A stretch of 64,000 nucleotides of DNA from a virus, in IMG/VR virus record IMGVR_UViG_3300021364_001752, positions 16,456 to 80,455 of that record; one strand, written 5' to 3'. The position numbers and the translations under genes are program-made. Of this stretch, positions 1 through 9,425 are shown piece by piece (within the stretch, counting starts at the first letter, position 1; the number at the start of each line of letters is the position of its first letter). The notes under the pieces were generated by a model. That model searched no databases and was not told the DNA's origin. It saw only the letters and a list, made by a program, of their open reading frames with translations.

Positions 1-889
1 CGATCTAGAAGAGCTTTGCGATTTAGCTGTAAGAGCATTAGAAGAAATTATTGATTATCAGCGTTACCCAATTGTTGCTGCTGAGAAATCAACCAAGGCT
101 AGACGTTCGTTAGGCATAGGTTATATCGGACTTGCTCACTATTTGGCAAAGAACAAAGTTCAATATAACGACCCAGAAGCATGGAAGGTTGTGCATGATC
201 TTACTGAAGCGTTCCAATACTATCTACTCAAAGCCAGCAACAAATTAGCGCAGGAGCGTGGTGCATGTGATTACTTTGACCGCACTAAATACAGCGACGG
301 CATTCTTCCAATTGACACATACAAGAAGGATGTAGACGCAATAGTGGAGAACAAGTTAAACTATGATTGGGATAGTTTACGCAATGATATCAGAGAGCAC
401 GGGCTACGACATTCAACGTTGTCCGCACAGATGCCATCGGAGAGTAGCTCTGTTGTGTCGAACGCTACCAATGGAATCGAACCACCCCGCGGTTACCTGT
501 CCGTTAAGAAGTCAAAGAAAGGGCCTCTTAAGCAGATTGTTCCGCAATATCAAAGTCTAAAACAATACTACACATTGTTGTGGGACATGCCTAGCAACGA
601 AGGTTATATCAATGTAGTTGCAGTAATGCAAAAGTTCTTTGATCAGGCTATCAGCGGTAACTGGAGTTACAATCCAACACACTATCCAGATAATGAAGTG
701 CCTATGAGTCAGATGATCAACGATTTGTTAATGACTTACAAACTGGGTTGGAAAACAAGTTACTATCAGAACACATACGATTATAAAACTGATCCTAGCG
801 AAATTGAAGAAGAAAAACCGCAGACAGAATTAGCACCATCAGAACTTGATCTCAGTGAAGATGAAATGTGCGAAGCCTGCGCTATATAA
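1..889 (+). CDS. nrdA: Ribonucleotide reductase class Ia alpha subunit, 3' part (begins before window)
   Basis: Frame open from nt 2 (DLEELCDLAVRAL..RRSLGIGYIGLAHYL); GLRHSTLSAQMPSESSS, NATNGIEPP, KTSYYQ, C-terminal CEAC redox pair. Confidence 0.97.
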   Translation, partial: DLEELCDLAVRALEEIIDYQRYPIVAAEKSTKARRSLGIGYIGLAHYLAKNKVQYNDPEAWKVVHDLTEAFQYYLLKASNKLAQERGACDYFDRTKYSDGILPIDTYKKDVDAIVENKLNYDWDSLRNDIREHGLRHSTLSAQMPSESSSVVSNATNGIEPPRGYLSVKKSKKGPLKQIVPQYQSLKQYYTLLWDMPSNEGYINVVAVMQKFFDQAISGNWSYNPTHYPDNEVPMSQMINDLLMTYKLGWKTSYYQNTYDYKTDPSEIEEEKPQTELAPSELDLSEDEMCEACAI

Positions 890-928
890 ATATAACACTT
901 GACATACAGCCCTCATGGGCTGTATACT
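885..928 (+). promoter_or_regulatory. Late promoter TATAAATA (885-892) plus sigma70-like TTGACA-18-TATACT with a palindromic spacer, upstream of nrdB
   Basis: Motifs read directly; inverted repeat ATACAGCCC-TCAT-GGGCTGTAT at 904-925. Confidence 0.65.
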
Positions 929-958
929 CTATACAGACACAATTAAAAAGGAATAACA

Positions 959-2062
959 ATGTCGAAGACTGTTTTTAATCAAGAAAAAGTTGACTTTACA
1001 AAACAAAACATGTTCTTTGGCGAAGACCAAAACACACAGCGTTATGATACATTTCGCTTTCCTGTCTTCGACAAGTTGAACCAAACCATGCTAGGTTACT
1101 TCTGGCGTCCGGAGGAAGTGAGTCTGCAAAAAGATCGTGCTGACTTTGCTAACTTCCGTCCAGAACAAAAACATATTTTTACAAGTAACCTAAAATATCA
1201 AACATTGCTAGACAGTGTGCAAGGACGTGGCCCGTGCCTAGCATTTTTGCCACACGTAAGTTTGCCTGAGCTCGAAGGTTGCATTGTCACTTGGGACTTC
1301 TTTGAAACTATCCACTCACGTTCATATACACACATTATGAAAAACGTGTATGCAGATCCTGCAGAGGTTTTTGATACTATCCTCGACGATGAAAAGATTA
1401 TTGCTCGTGCAACCAGTGTAACCAAACACTACGATGCATTCAATGAAGCAGCTGATGCATACTTCCATAGAGGTGAAGGCTCTTTGTATGATGTAAAGAA
1501 AAAACTATATCTTGCAATGATGACAGTTAACATCTTAGAAGGGTTGCGTTTCTATGTAAGTTTTGCTTGCACGTTCGGCTTTGGAGAACTCAAGCTAATG
1601 GAAGGTAGTGCAAAGATTATTAGTCTTATCGCACGTGATGAAGCACAGCACCTGGCACTAAGCACACACGTTCTTAAACTTTGGGCACAGGGCAAAGACG
1701 ATCCAGAGATGGCCAAGGTTGCTAAAGAGTGTGAAGAAGATGTTTATGACCTGTGGCGTGAATGTGTTGCAGAAGAAAAAGATTGGGCAGAGTATCTATT
1801 CAAAGACGGCTCAATGATTGGACTTAACACAAACCTATTGAATCAATATGTTGAATATATTGCAAACAGACGTCTAAAAGCCCTTGGCTTCAATGCTATT
1901 TTTGATGCACCAGTGAACACCAATCCACTACCGTGGACACAGCACTGGCTTTCAAGTTCAGGCTTGCAAGTTGCTCCACAGGAAACAGAAGTAGAAAGTT
2001 ATATTATTGGCGGCATCAAACAAGATGTTGATAAAGACAAATTAAAAGGATTTTCACTATGA
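959..2062 (+). CDS. nrdB: Ribonucleotide reductase class Ia beta subunit
   Basis: FWRPEEV, ETIHSRSY, EGLRFYVSF, DEAQH di-iron motifs, APQETEVESY tail. Confidence 0.97.
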   Translation: MSKTVFNQEKVDFTKQNMFFGEDQNTQRYDTFRFPVFDKLNQTMLGYFWRPEEVSLQKDRADFANFRPEQKHIFTSNLKYQTLLDSVQGRGPCLAFLPHVSLPELEGCIVTWDFFETIHSRSYTHIMKNVYADPAEVFDTILDDEKIIARATSVTKHYDAFNEAADAYFHRGEGSLYDVKKKLYLAMMTVNILEGLRFYVSFACTFGFGELKLMEGSAKIISLIARDEAQHLALSTHVLKLWAQGKDDPEMAKVAKECEEDVYDLWRECVAEEKDWAEYLFKDGSMIGLNTNLLNQYVEYIANRRLKALGFNAIFDAPVNTNPLPWTQHWLSSSGLQVAPQETEVESYIIGGIKQDVDKDKLKGFSL

Positions 2063-2310
2063 TACACATTTGGGGTAAACCAGCATGTCCATCATGCACT
2101 AAAGCAAAAGCACTTTGCGAGTCAAATAGTTTTCAATACGAGTATCTTGAATTAGGTAAAGATTTTGATAGAGAAGCAGTATTAGCAGAATTTCCAGAAG
2201 CAAGAACGTTTCCGCAGATTGTGATTAACGGACAAAAAATTGGCGGGTATGAACAGATGCTTAAATACATTGAAGACACAGGTTACACAGGAACAGGACA
2301 CACTTTATGA
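2059..2310 (+). CDS. Glutaredoxin
   Basis: CPSC active site, TFPQI, IGGY; directly follows nrdB. Confidence 0.93.
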   Translation: MIHIWGKPACPSCTKAKALCESNSFQYEYLELGKDFDREAVLAEFPEARTFPQIVINGQKIGGYEQMLKYIEDTGYTGTGHTL

Positions 2311-2600
2311 TTATTGAAACACCTTACAAACAAAACGACACAGTATCAATAAAAACCAACGCTGGTGACGAAGTTGTTGCACGTTTTGTTGAAGAGGACA
2401 AAGATACAATTACAGTTCAGAAGCCTCTTGCATTGATGGCAACACCTCAAGGCGGTGTAGGACTAGGCAACTTTGCGTTTACTATTCCACAAGATACAAA
2501 ATTAAAGTTAAATAAAAGTGGTATATTATTTGTGCATAAAACAGAAGCTGAGATGGCTAAACAATATGTTAATAGCACAAGTTCTATACAAATGGTTTAG
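2307..2600 (+). CDS. Hypothetical protein, Sm-like fold, phage-type
   Basis: SIK..AGDEVVARF..ITVQKPL pattern; translational coupling. Confidence 0.6.
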   Translation: MIIETPYKQNDTVSIKTNAGDEVVARFVEEDKDTITVQKPLALMATPQGGVGLGNFAFTIPQDTKLKLNKSGILFVHKTEAEMAKQYVNSTSSIQMV

Positions 2601-2608
2601 GAGTTAAA

Positions 2609-2917
2609 ATGCCAGGGGTGGTTAGAGAAATAGTTGATACAAATATTGGACATGCAAAGCCACCACCTGATCCAGAACCATTTCACCAGTTTCCTTTTGT
2701 AAGAAATCAAAGCACAGTTTTTGTAGACACCTATGCAGTTATTACAGATGGCGGATCAACACAGTGCGGCGATGGTGTAAATGTCCCAAGTAGTAGAAAT
2801 GTCTATGTAGAGAATCAACGGGTTGCTATTATAGGTGATCCAACAGGCGGCCATGGCGGGTTTGGAGGCAACAGTGTTGCCAGTGGAAGCGGAGATGTTT
2901 TTATAAATGGCCTTTAA
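2609..2917 (+). CDS. PAAR-like baseplate spike tip protein (T4 gp5.4-like)
   Basis: TVFVD, CGD, NVYVEN..VAIIGDPTGGH, SGSGDVFING repeats. Confidence 0.75.
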   Translation: MPGVVREIVDTNIGHAKPPPDPEPFHQFPFVRNQSTVFVDTYAVITDGGSTQCGDGVNVPSSRNVYVENQRVAIIGDPTGGHGGFGGNSVASGSGDVFINGL

Positions 2918-3176
2918 CGTAAGCTATGGTAGTTTTGATTTTCCTCCTAATCCTGATATTGCAGGGTTACTGGCTCAAGCAGCGGCAGAAACTGATCCTG
3001 TATTACAGGCACAACTTTATCAACAGGCTTATAGTTTTTCAGCACCCTTGACAAACGAAGAAAAAACTTTGTTTTCTTATATGCAAGATGATTACATAGA
3101 AAACAATCCAGGACTGGTAGGCAATCGACAAACCAGTTATGTAGGAGCAAGAACGTTAGACGACCTTACAGAATAA
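2907..3176 (+). CDS. Hypothetical virion-associated protein
   Basis: ORF between PAAR and tail-fibre genes. Confidence 0.55.
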   Translation: MAFNVSYGSFDFPPNPDIAGLLAQAAAETDPVLQAQLYQQAYSFSAPLTNEEKTLFSYMQDDYIENNPGLVGNRQTSYVGARTLDDLTE

Positions 3177-3183
3177 ATACTGT

Positions 3184-4662
3184 ATGGCAATAACGAAAAG
3201 AGCAGACAAAGGTGCTGCATTATCATATGAAGAAATGGATGCAAACTTTGACGCAGTTGCTCCTCGTGACAGCGCAACCGGTGCAATAGAAATACCTACA
3301 GGCACCACTGGAGAACAGCCTGCTTCTCCTGTAGTTGGACAACTTAGATTTAACACACAATTAAATTTGTTTGAAGGTTACTTTGATACATTAGGATGGA
3401 GTGCCTTAGCAGCTTCTGGTGTATCAGGCGAAGTAAACCAAAATGCTTGGGCTGAAATAGCAGTGGCAGGACAAACAAACGTTGCCGCAGATCAAAAGTC
3501 AGATGTGTTAACATTTGTTGCCGGCACTGATATTAGTATTACTACCAACGCTACAGCTGATAGCATAACAATCAACAGCACATATACACCACCGAGTAAC
3601 GTGAGCGCATTTACAAACGATTCGGGTTACTTGACTAGCGAAACTACAACCACGCTTACCGCAGACAGTGTCAACACAAAACTTGTCTTTACAGACGAAA
3701 CTGGCACAGCAAACGATATCGATCTCAGTTGGACCATTGATGACACAAATCTAGCACGTATCACCAGCGGCACTGTAGATGGTGCAACAGGCATTGCAAC
3801 ATTCACAAGAGATGATGCTACAACTTTTACAACAGACTTTAGTGCTTTATTTGATGATACAAACCTTACAAGAATAACCAGTGGTAGTTTTAACAGCGGC
3901 ACTGGTGACCTTACACTCACTCGCAGTGATGCAACTACAGCGGCGACTATAAGTCTAGACGGAAGATACCTTACCAGTTACACAGTTACAGAATCAGATG
4001 TGACACAGCACCAAGCAGCATTAAGTATAACACAAAGTCAGATAAGTGATTTAGCACATTATTCTAATAGCGATGTTGATTCACATTTAAATACAGGAAC
4101 TGCATTAGGAAGTCAAATTTTAAGTTGGACTGGCACTGATTATGACTGGGTAGCACAGCCTAGTGGCGGACTTGCAAATGTTGTTGAAGACACAACTCCA
4201 CAACTTGGCGGCAACTTGGATGTTAATAGCAACTCTATTACAGGCACCACAGTGAATATTACAACTACAACAAATGGTGATGTTGTGATTCAGCCTTCTG
4301 GAACAGGTGGAATATCTTTACGCAAAAGCTACGATGAACACTTTGTATCACTTGGAACCTTGTTTGGCACAGAACAAATTGATGTAGGAACAGCAAGTCA
4401 TTTTTATGGCTCAATACAAAGCAACGTTACATTTCAGTTTATAGGGGAGACTGCTACAACTAACCAAGTAGATAGTTTTACTTTGTATCTTTATAGAGCA
4501 ACCAGTTTTAGTATTACACTAACATGGCCTGCTGAAGTTCAATGGAGTAACGGAACAGCACCGGCTCTACCTGGTGTAGGCGAAATGGATATCTATGTAT
4601 TTACTACTATCAATAACGGAACATCGTGGTTTGGCTTCCAAGCCGGAGATGCTATGGCATGA
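3184..4662 (+). CDS. Tail fibre / virion structural protein
   Basis: N-terminal MAITKRADKGAALSYEEMDANF, IPTGTTGEQP..LRFNT..FEGY, EDTTPQLGGNLDVN, duplicated DDTNL.RITSG, C-terminal TWPAEVQWSNGTAP; TAAATA late promoter. Confidence 0.8.
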   Translation: MAITKRADKGAALSYEEMDANFDAVAPRDSATGAIEIPTGTTGEQPASPVVGQLRFNTQLNLFEGYFDTLGWSALAASGVSGEVNQNAWAEIAVAGQTNVAADQKSDVLTFVAGTDISITTNATADSITINSTYTPPSNVSAFTNDSGYLTSETTTTLTADSVNTKLVFTDETGTANDIDLSWTIDDTNLARITSGTVDGATGIATFTRDDATTFTTDFSALFDDTNLTRITSGSFNSGTGDLTLTRSDATTAATISLDGRYLTSYTVTESDVTQHQAALSITQSQISDLAHYSNSDVDSHLNTGTALGSQILSWTGTDYDWVAQPSGGLANVVEDTTPQLGGNLDVNSNSITGTTVNITTTTNGDVVIQPSGTGGISLRKSYDEHFVSLGTLFGTEQIDVGTASHFYGSIQSNVTFQFIGETATTNQVDSFTLYLYRATSFSITLTWPAEVQWSNGTAPALPGVGEMDIYVFTTINNGTSWFGFQAGDAMA

Positions 4663-6545
4663 TACATAAAATGCTTATGGCTGCTGCCGGTGCAGGCGGC
4701 GCCCCTGACACTTCATATCATATAACCAATATAGCATACAGTGGGACAGATACACCTAACGTTCAAACGATAGAAGCTCAGCGTGATACAAGGAAAGGAG
4801 GAAGTAAAATATTATACAATTTTGACTTCTTCAATAATGGGCAAGGTATAATCACATCCAGTGGTGCTAATAGTGATTTTTGTGCATACACAGTTGAGTT
4901 TGGCGGAGGCGCATATACAAAAGGCACAGAATTATTTGATTCTTCCACAAGTGTAAGCATGCCAACAAATGACAGATGTGATTTTTTAACTTTTATTGAC
5001 AGCACAAATTTAGTTGGCGCATATGGTAATACATTAAAAAAATTCACATGTTCAACACCCTGGGACATAAGCACTTTAAGCAATAACACCTACTTTACCA
5101 GTTCTTTTGCCAGTCCTCCGTTTTCGGGTCTTATAAAATATTTTAAGTTTAACTCTACTGGAACTGAAATAATAATAGTTACCCCAGGTCAGTCTCCTAA
5201 TGGCTTGTTTAAATTTACTTTGTCAACGCCATATGATATAGCAACTATATCGTCCAGTCCGACACAGTCCGATGCTACTCATCCTAGAGGCGTTGTTCAT
5301 ATAAACGATGCAGGCACAGTCATAACATACCAAAACGGTGGTGTGGATTGGAACTACAGGCAACAAACAATGAGCACACCATTTGACCTATCTACACTGA
5401 GCACAGAAACTGTTTACACATTTAACTTTTCGGACGGCTACGGAACTCAATATAATGAAGGATTAGGTTTTGCCGAAGCACATGGATCTTTTGCAGCAGG
5501 AGAAGTATTCTTTTTTAACAAGGGTCCAAACGTTATCGGTAGAGGTGTTTGCTCTACAGCATACGACCTAAGCACTATCACATGGGATACAGATATTCCT
5601 AGCGGATCAAAAGCTACAACAATATTCCAAGCAAGCGGAAATGCAGATATAGCTTCTACCAACAGAATGTGGTATTTAGAAAATTATCCTGATAATTTTA
5701 ATCGTAATGGCCAATTTTATGTAGGATTTGATAGGTATCCAGGGCAAGGCGATAAATGGGTTTGGCAACTTAGTTTTCCATATACAATAGAAAATTTAAG
5801 TGTTTATGGGGACGGAAGTGCAATAAATCTTACCAATACCTCAAAACAAAGAAGGACATTCTGTAGAACTAGAACCAACTATTATGCATTTATCAGCACT
5901 GAGTATGTTAATAATGCTTATGCATTTTATCTTGACTATGTGCCTCAAGTTTTCGGCGGCGGTATAGATTCTACCAATGCAGTCGACTATGGGTCCGAGA
6001 TTACAGTAGATATTACTAGTTGGATATCAGATGGTGGGTTAAATTTGAACACAATTTATCCAAAAAGAATACAAATGAGACAAGAGCATGAGTATACCAG
6101 CGGTTTGAACGAATATCGTTGTTGGGTATTGTTAGCAACACAATCAACCAGTGCGACACCACAGGTAGATATAATTAGACAAATGACAGCAACAACTAGC
6201 CCTCAGAGTGATCCTACAGTATGGTCTCTTGACACAGGAGCCAATGCAACATGGCAAATACCAAGAGGAGGAACTTATGAACCTGCTACAGATGAACTCA
6301 TATCTGATTTCCAAGTTAGTCATGATGGAAGATATATTTTAATTTGCACTTGGCGAGGTAAACTTTACCTTTTTGAAAATGACGATCCTTGGAACTTGAG
6401 TGGTAATATCACAGCAATTCAGGAAGCTACTATACCATTAGAGGGAAATAAAAGACCAGAACAAATACATTTTAACAGCGACGGAACCAAACTTTTTGTG
6501 CATGATACGAGTGCAATTATATATGAATACGATATTGGCACTTAA
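4659..6545 (+). CDS. Beta-propeller repeat protein, probable tail-fibre partner / receptor-binding protein
   Basis: Repeats ST(P/A)(W/Y/F)D(I/L)(S/A)T and FNSxGTxxxV; ATGA overlap with the upstream gene gives start 4659. Confidence 0.65.
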   Translation: MIHKMLMAAAGAGGAPDTSYHITNIAYSGTDTPNVQTIEAQRDTRKGGSKILYNFDFFNNGQGIITSSGANSDFCAYTVEFGGGAYTKGTELFDSSTSVSMPTNDRCDFLTFIDSTNLVGAYGNTLKKFTCSTPWDISTLSNNTYFTSSFASPPFSGLIKYFKFNSTGTEIIIVTPGQSPNGLFKFTLSTPYDIATISSSPTQSDATHPRGVVHINDAGTVITYQNGGVDWNYRQQTMSTPFDLSTLSTETVYTFNFSDGYGTQYNEGLGFAEAHGSFAAGEVFFFNKGPNVIGRGVCSTAYDLSTITWDTDIPSGSKATTIFQASGNADIASTNRMWYLENYPDNFNRNGQFYVGFDRYPGQGDKWVWQLSFPYTIENLSVYGDGSAINLTNTSKQRRTFCRTRTNYYAFISTEYVNNAYAFYLDYVPQVFGGGIDSTNAVDYGSEITVDITSWISDGGLNLNTIYPKRIQMRQEHEYTSGLNEYRCWVLLATQSTSATPQVDIIRQMTATTSPQSDPTVWSLDTGANATWQIPRGGTYEPATDELISDFQVSHDGRYILICTWRGKLYLFENDDPWNLSGNITAIQEATIPLEGNKRPEQIHFNSDGTKLFVHDTSAIIYEYDIGT

Positions 6546-6614
6546 TGGTTGACAGAGGTTGTAGGTAAAGTTATTATTAATCATAGGCGATGTTGCCTAT
6601 TGAACGGAGATCTT

Positions 6615-7133
6615 ATGTTTAAAATTATCGCGGGTGTCGCAGTAGCAGGCGCCCTCACTGGTTGTGCTATTGGTGCAGAACCACAGGCGTTTGGTGTTGT
6701 CCGCAGCATTGAACCACATTACGAAACAGTTAGTTTCTTTCCTCCTGATGCAAACTGCACAGTGTATCCTCATTACCAGCAAGAACTTAGCCCTAGTGGT
6801 GCTCTAGTTGGTGCTGCTGCCGGATACGTTCTATCTGGTGGATTGTTGGTTCCGACTCTTGCAGTCGGCGGCGCAGGTGCAGTAGCATTTGGTAATGTTG
6901 AAAACTACTCAAATGTTGTATGCGAAAATGATTATTTGCCACCTGTAGAGCAAGAGGTAATTTCACACTTCAATGTCACTTACGAATACAAGGGTTATGA
7001 AGGCCGTGGCACTACCCAAACACAATACCAGGTTGGAGATAGTATTCCGCTATCCCATACACAAACTTATGCTCGTGAACTTACAGAATTTTTCACTGAT
7101 GCACCTTATATCAATCCTGTATTAGAAAAGTAG
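6615..7133 (+). CDS. Glycine-zipper lipoprotein (YcfJ-like); paralog of 43988-44497
   Basis: Lipobox ALTGC, GALVGAAAG zipper, GGAG RBS before ATG 6615. Confidence 0.65.
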   Translation: MFKIIAGVAVAGALTGCAIGAEPQAFGVVRSIEPHYETVSFFPPDANCTVYPHYQQELSPSGALVGAAAGYVLSGGLLVPTLAVGGAGAVAFGNVENYSNVVCENDYLPPVEQEVISHFNVTYEYKGYEGRGTTQTQYQVGDSIPLSHTQTYARELTEFFTDAPYINPVLEK

Positions 7134-7134
7134 G

Positions 7135-7163
7135 TTGACAAATACTTGCAAATCTACTAAAAT
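7135..7163 (+). promoter_or_regulatory. sigma70-like promoter
   Basis: TTGACA-17-TAAAAT. Confidence 0.7.
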
Positions 7164-7191
7164 ATGATATAGGCAAAACAGAAAGGCAAAC

Positions 7192-7791
7192 ATGAACAAG
7201 ATTATACTTACAGACTGTGACGGAGTGCTACTTAATTGGGAGTATGCTTTTTGTGTATGGATGGAACAACATGGCCATGCACAGATAGAAAATGGCAACG
7301 AAGAATATAACATCGCAAAACGATTTAATATTACTGAAGATGCAGGCAAAAAACTGGTAAAACAGTTTAATGAAAGTGCTGCAATGGGCTTTCTACCTGC
7401 ACTGCGTGATGCACGTTATTATGTAAAACGGCTACACGAAGAACATGGATACGAGTTTCATTGTATTACTAGCATGAGCTTGGATCCTAATGCTAAAAAA
7501 CTACGTCAAATGAATCTTGATAAGATGTTTGGTCCAACAGCATTTCCGGTTTTGCACTGTTTAGATACTGGTGCAGATAAAGATGAATTCTTAGATGAAC
7601 ACTATAGCGATAGTGGTCTATATTGGATTGAAGACAAAATGTCTAATGCTATTGCTGGACTTAACGTAGGATTGAATCCTATATTGATTGAGCATGGTTG
7701 GAACATGAACGATAGCGTTCCAGTAGGTATGCGTAAATGTGTCAACTGGAAAGAAGTATATGAGCTTATCGTAAATGACAGAGTTACATGA
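7192..7791 (+). CDS. HAD-family 5'(3')-deoxyribonucleotidase-like phosphatase
   Basis: DCDGVL motif I, WIEDK motif IV, H.WN. Confidence 0.85.
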   Translation: MNKIILTDCDGVLLNWEYAFCVWMEQHGHAQIENGNEEYNIAKRFNITEDAGKKLVKQFNESAAMGFLPALRDARYYVKRLHEEHGYEFHCITSMSLDPNAKKLRQMNLDKMFGPTAFPVLHCLDTGADKDEFLDEHYSDSGLYWIEDKMSNAIAGLNVGLNPILIEHGWNMNDSVPVGMRKCVNWKEVYELIVNDRVT

Positions 7792-7954
7792 ACAATTAAA
7801 ACTGGCTTTCGCAGTTTACGTTAGAGAAAGCGAAAAATTTGAAAATGAAGGTGTCAAGGTGAGTGCAGTAAGAGCTCGCCAGGCACTTTCTGATATCAAC
7901 AAATTGATTGCTGCTCGTAGAAAAGAAATTCAAACATTAAAAGATAATACATGA
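7775..7954 (+). CDS. Small histone-H1-like (Hc1-type) helical protein, 59 aa (not in ORF track)
   Basis: MTELHEQLKLAFAVYVRESEKFENEGVKVSAVRARQALSDINKLIAARRKEIQ; fills the gap with overlaps on both sides. Confidence 0.6.
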   Translation: MTELHEQLKLAFAVYVRESEKFENEGVKVSAVRARQALSDINKLIAARRKEIQTLKDNT

Positions 7955-8265
7955 TTAGTAATTACTTGGATAACATAGCACATCGTGTGCAACGATTAAA
8001 TGATGCAAAAGAAACCACAGTCAAGTATCTGATTAAAGAAGAAGTAAAAGACAAAGACAAAATTGAAAATTGTGTGGTGATGAGTCAAATTTGGGCTGCG
8101 CATCAATTGGGTGAGCGCATGACAATGACAGACTTGAATATTGCTTTAGGTGGTCATGAAGATGTGATTGACCATCGAGAGCTATCACTTGATCCCGAAT
8201 ATGAAGATTATACCCTAATCGAAATGCTAGACGAGCTTTTACACAATGATGACAATAAGAATTAA
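7951..8265 (+). CDS. Hypothetical protein
   Basis: ORF in operon. Confidence 0.6.
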   Translation: MISNYLDNIAHRVQRLNDAKETTVKYLIKEEVKDKDKIENCVVMSQIWAAHQLGERMTMTDLNIALGGHEDVIDHRELSLDPEYEDYTLIEMLDELLHNDDNKN

Positions 8266-8491
8266 TAAATCAGAATTAAAAGTTTGCGAGAGCACTGCTA
8301 AAGTAGCAGTTTTAAATGCTACAGAAACTGATGTTAATGATATAGCAGAGTTGATCACCAGCAGGAACTATACTTGTGCTGTGATATATACCAAAGATCA
8401 AACAGCAGCACAAAAGTTATTTGAACAGGTAGGTGGCGAAACTACAAATTCTTACGACCGTCTGTATGCTTATGTAAGCAGTTTCACTTGA
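8246..8491 (+). CDS. Hypothetical protein
   Basis: ORF in operon. Confidence 0.55.
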   Translation: MMTIRINKSELKVCESTAKVAVLNATETDVNDIAELITSRNYTCAVIYTKDQTAAQKLFEQVGGETTNSYDRLYAYVSSFT

Positions 8492-8528
8492 TGTTAGCGC
8501 CAGCATTTTTAAAAAATGTAAATACAGT

Positions 8529-8750
8529 ATGTTGAGAAACGACCTTAAAGAATACTACAAAGTTTTCTACATGGTGAAAGGTCACCTCGACGCATCACCT
8601 CAGACAGTTATAGATAGTTACAACGGATACTTTCGTCGACTATGGATCGATGGAAGTAACGGCGCTCCTCTGTATGACTATGAAGAACAGTTCGAACAAG
8701 CATGGGAAGACATACAAAATGGTTTCAAAGAAAATACAAGAACTCAGTAA
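8529..8750 (+). CDS. Hypothetical late protein
   Basis: TAAATA-CAGT-ATG. Confidence 0.65.
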   Translation: MLRNDLKEYYKVFYMVKGHLDASPQTVIDSYNGYFRRLWIDGSNGAPLYDYEEQFEQAWEDIQNGFKENTRTQ

Positions 8751-8937
8751 CGACGACTTGTCGTATTTAGAAAAACTATTAGGCGAGCAATTTGCCAAAG
8801 AACTTGAAAGAGACAAAACCTGGGTCCAAAAAAATAACTATCATCGCCCAGGTGAAAAGAAAAGCAGAATACTTCGCCTTATGAATGCCATCCGTGCTCA
8901 ACAAGATATCAAAAAACGCACAGCAGAAAAGTGGTAA
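8719..8937 (+). CDS. Hypothetical basic protein
   Basis: MVSKKIQELS..; overlaps upstream gene. Confidence 0.55.
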   Translation: MVSKKIQELSNDDLSYLEKLLGEQFAKELERDKTWVQKNNYHRPGEKKSRILRLMNAIRAQQDIKKRTAEKW

Positions 8938-8963
8938 TGCATATCTGATATGCACCAAAAAGG

Positions 8964-8994
8964 TTGACCTCATTTACATAACATGTTATAAATA
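8964..8994 (+). promoter_or_regulatory. Overlapping sigma70-like and late promoter for tmRNA
   Basis: TTGACC-17-TATAAA, with TATAAATA at 8987-8994. Confidence 0.65.
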
Positions 8995-8998
8995 GCTT

Positions 8999-9380
8999 TG
9001 TTAGCGTTGAAGCAACGTGGACACATACTGGACCCGGGTGCGATTCCCGGCAGCTCCACCATAAGGACACTATAATGGCATTGATTTGGACAGGAATACA
9101 ATACACAAGTTTAGCCGCACTACTGGGAATGTGTGTGACGAAATGGGTTATTGATTTCCGTGCTTGGAGAGCAGGCAGACAAAAGCCAAAATGCTGCGGA
9201 TAGTGTTTTTATGATGGGGCTGATCAGGATCGACAGGTGTGAAAGTGAAGTGGAGTTAACCGGATGACTGCGTAATAAGTCAATCAAACTAGATGCAAAC
9301 GATAATTTTGCACCATCTGAGTTCGCTCTAGCAGCGTAACCACAGGGGGTATGGGCTCCACCTAGCAACAGAACGGGCCT
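8999..9380 (+). ncRNA. ssrA: Circularly permuted two-piece tmRNA (alphaproteobacterial type); tag ANDNFAPSEFALAA
   Basis: Acceptor piece ends GACCCGGGTGCGATTCCCGGCAGCTCCACCA (to 9061); coding piece starts GGGGCTGATCAGGATCGAC (9216); G3.U70 pair; tag ORF 9295-9339; outer ends approximate. Confidence 0.95.
9075..9203 (+). CDS. Putative 42-aa membrane peptide inside the tmRNA intervening segment
   Basis: AAGGA-N7-ATG; MALIWTGIQYTSLAALLGMCVTKWVIDFRAWRAGRQKPKCCG*. Confidence 0.5.
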   Translation: MALIWTGIQYTSLAALLGMCVTKWVIDFRAWRAGRQKPKCCG

Positions 9381-9425
9381 CCAAGATGAAACATAGGTTA
9401 TAGCACATCTGAAAGGAAACCCAAA

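Noticed and set aside
1-2062. Intron or intein in nrdA/nrdB
   Set aside because: Both are uninterrupted and of normal length in the visible part
9120-9368. Minus-strand ORF over the tmRNA
   Set aside because: Antisense shadow of the tmRNA
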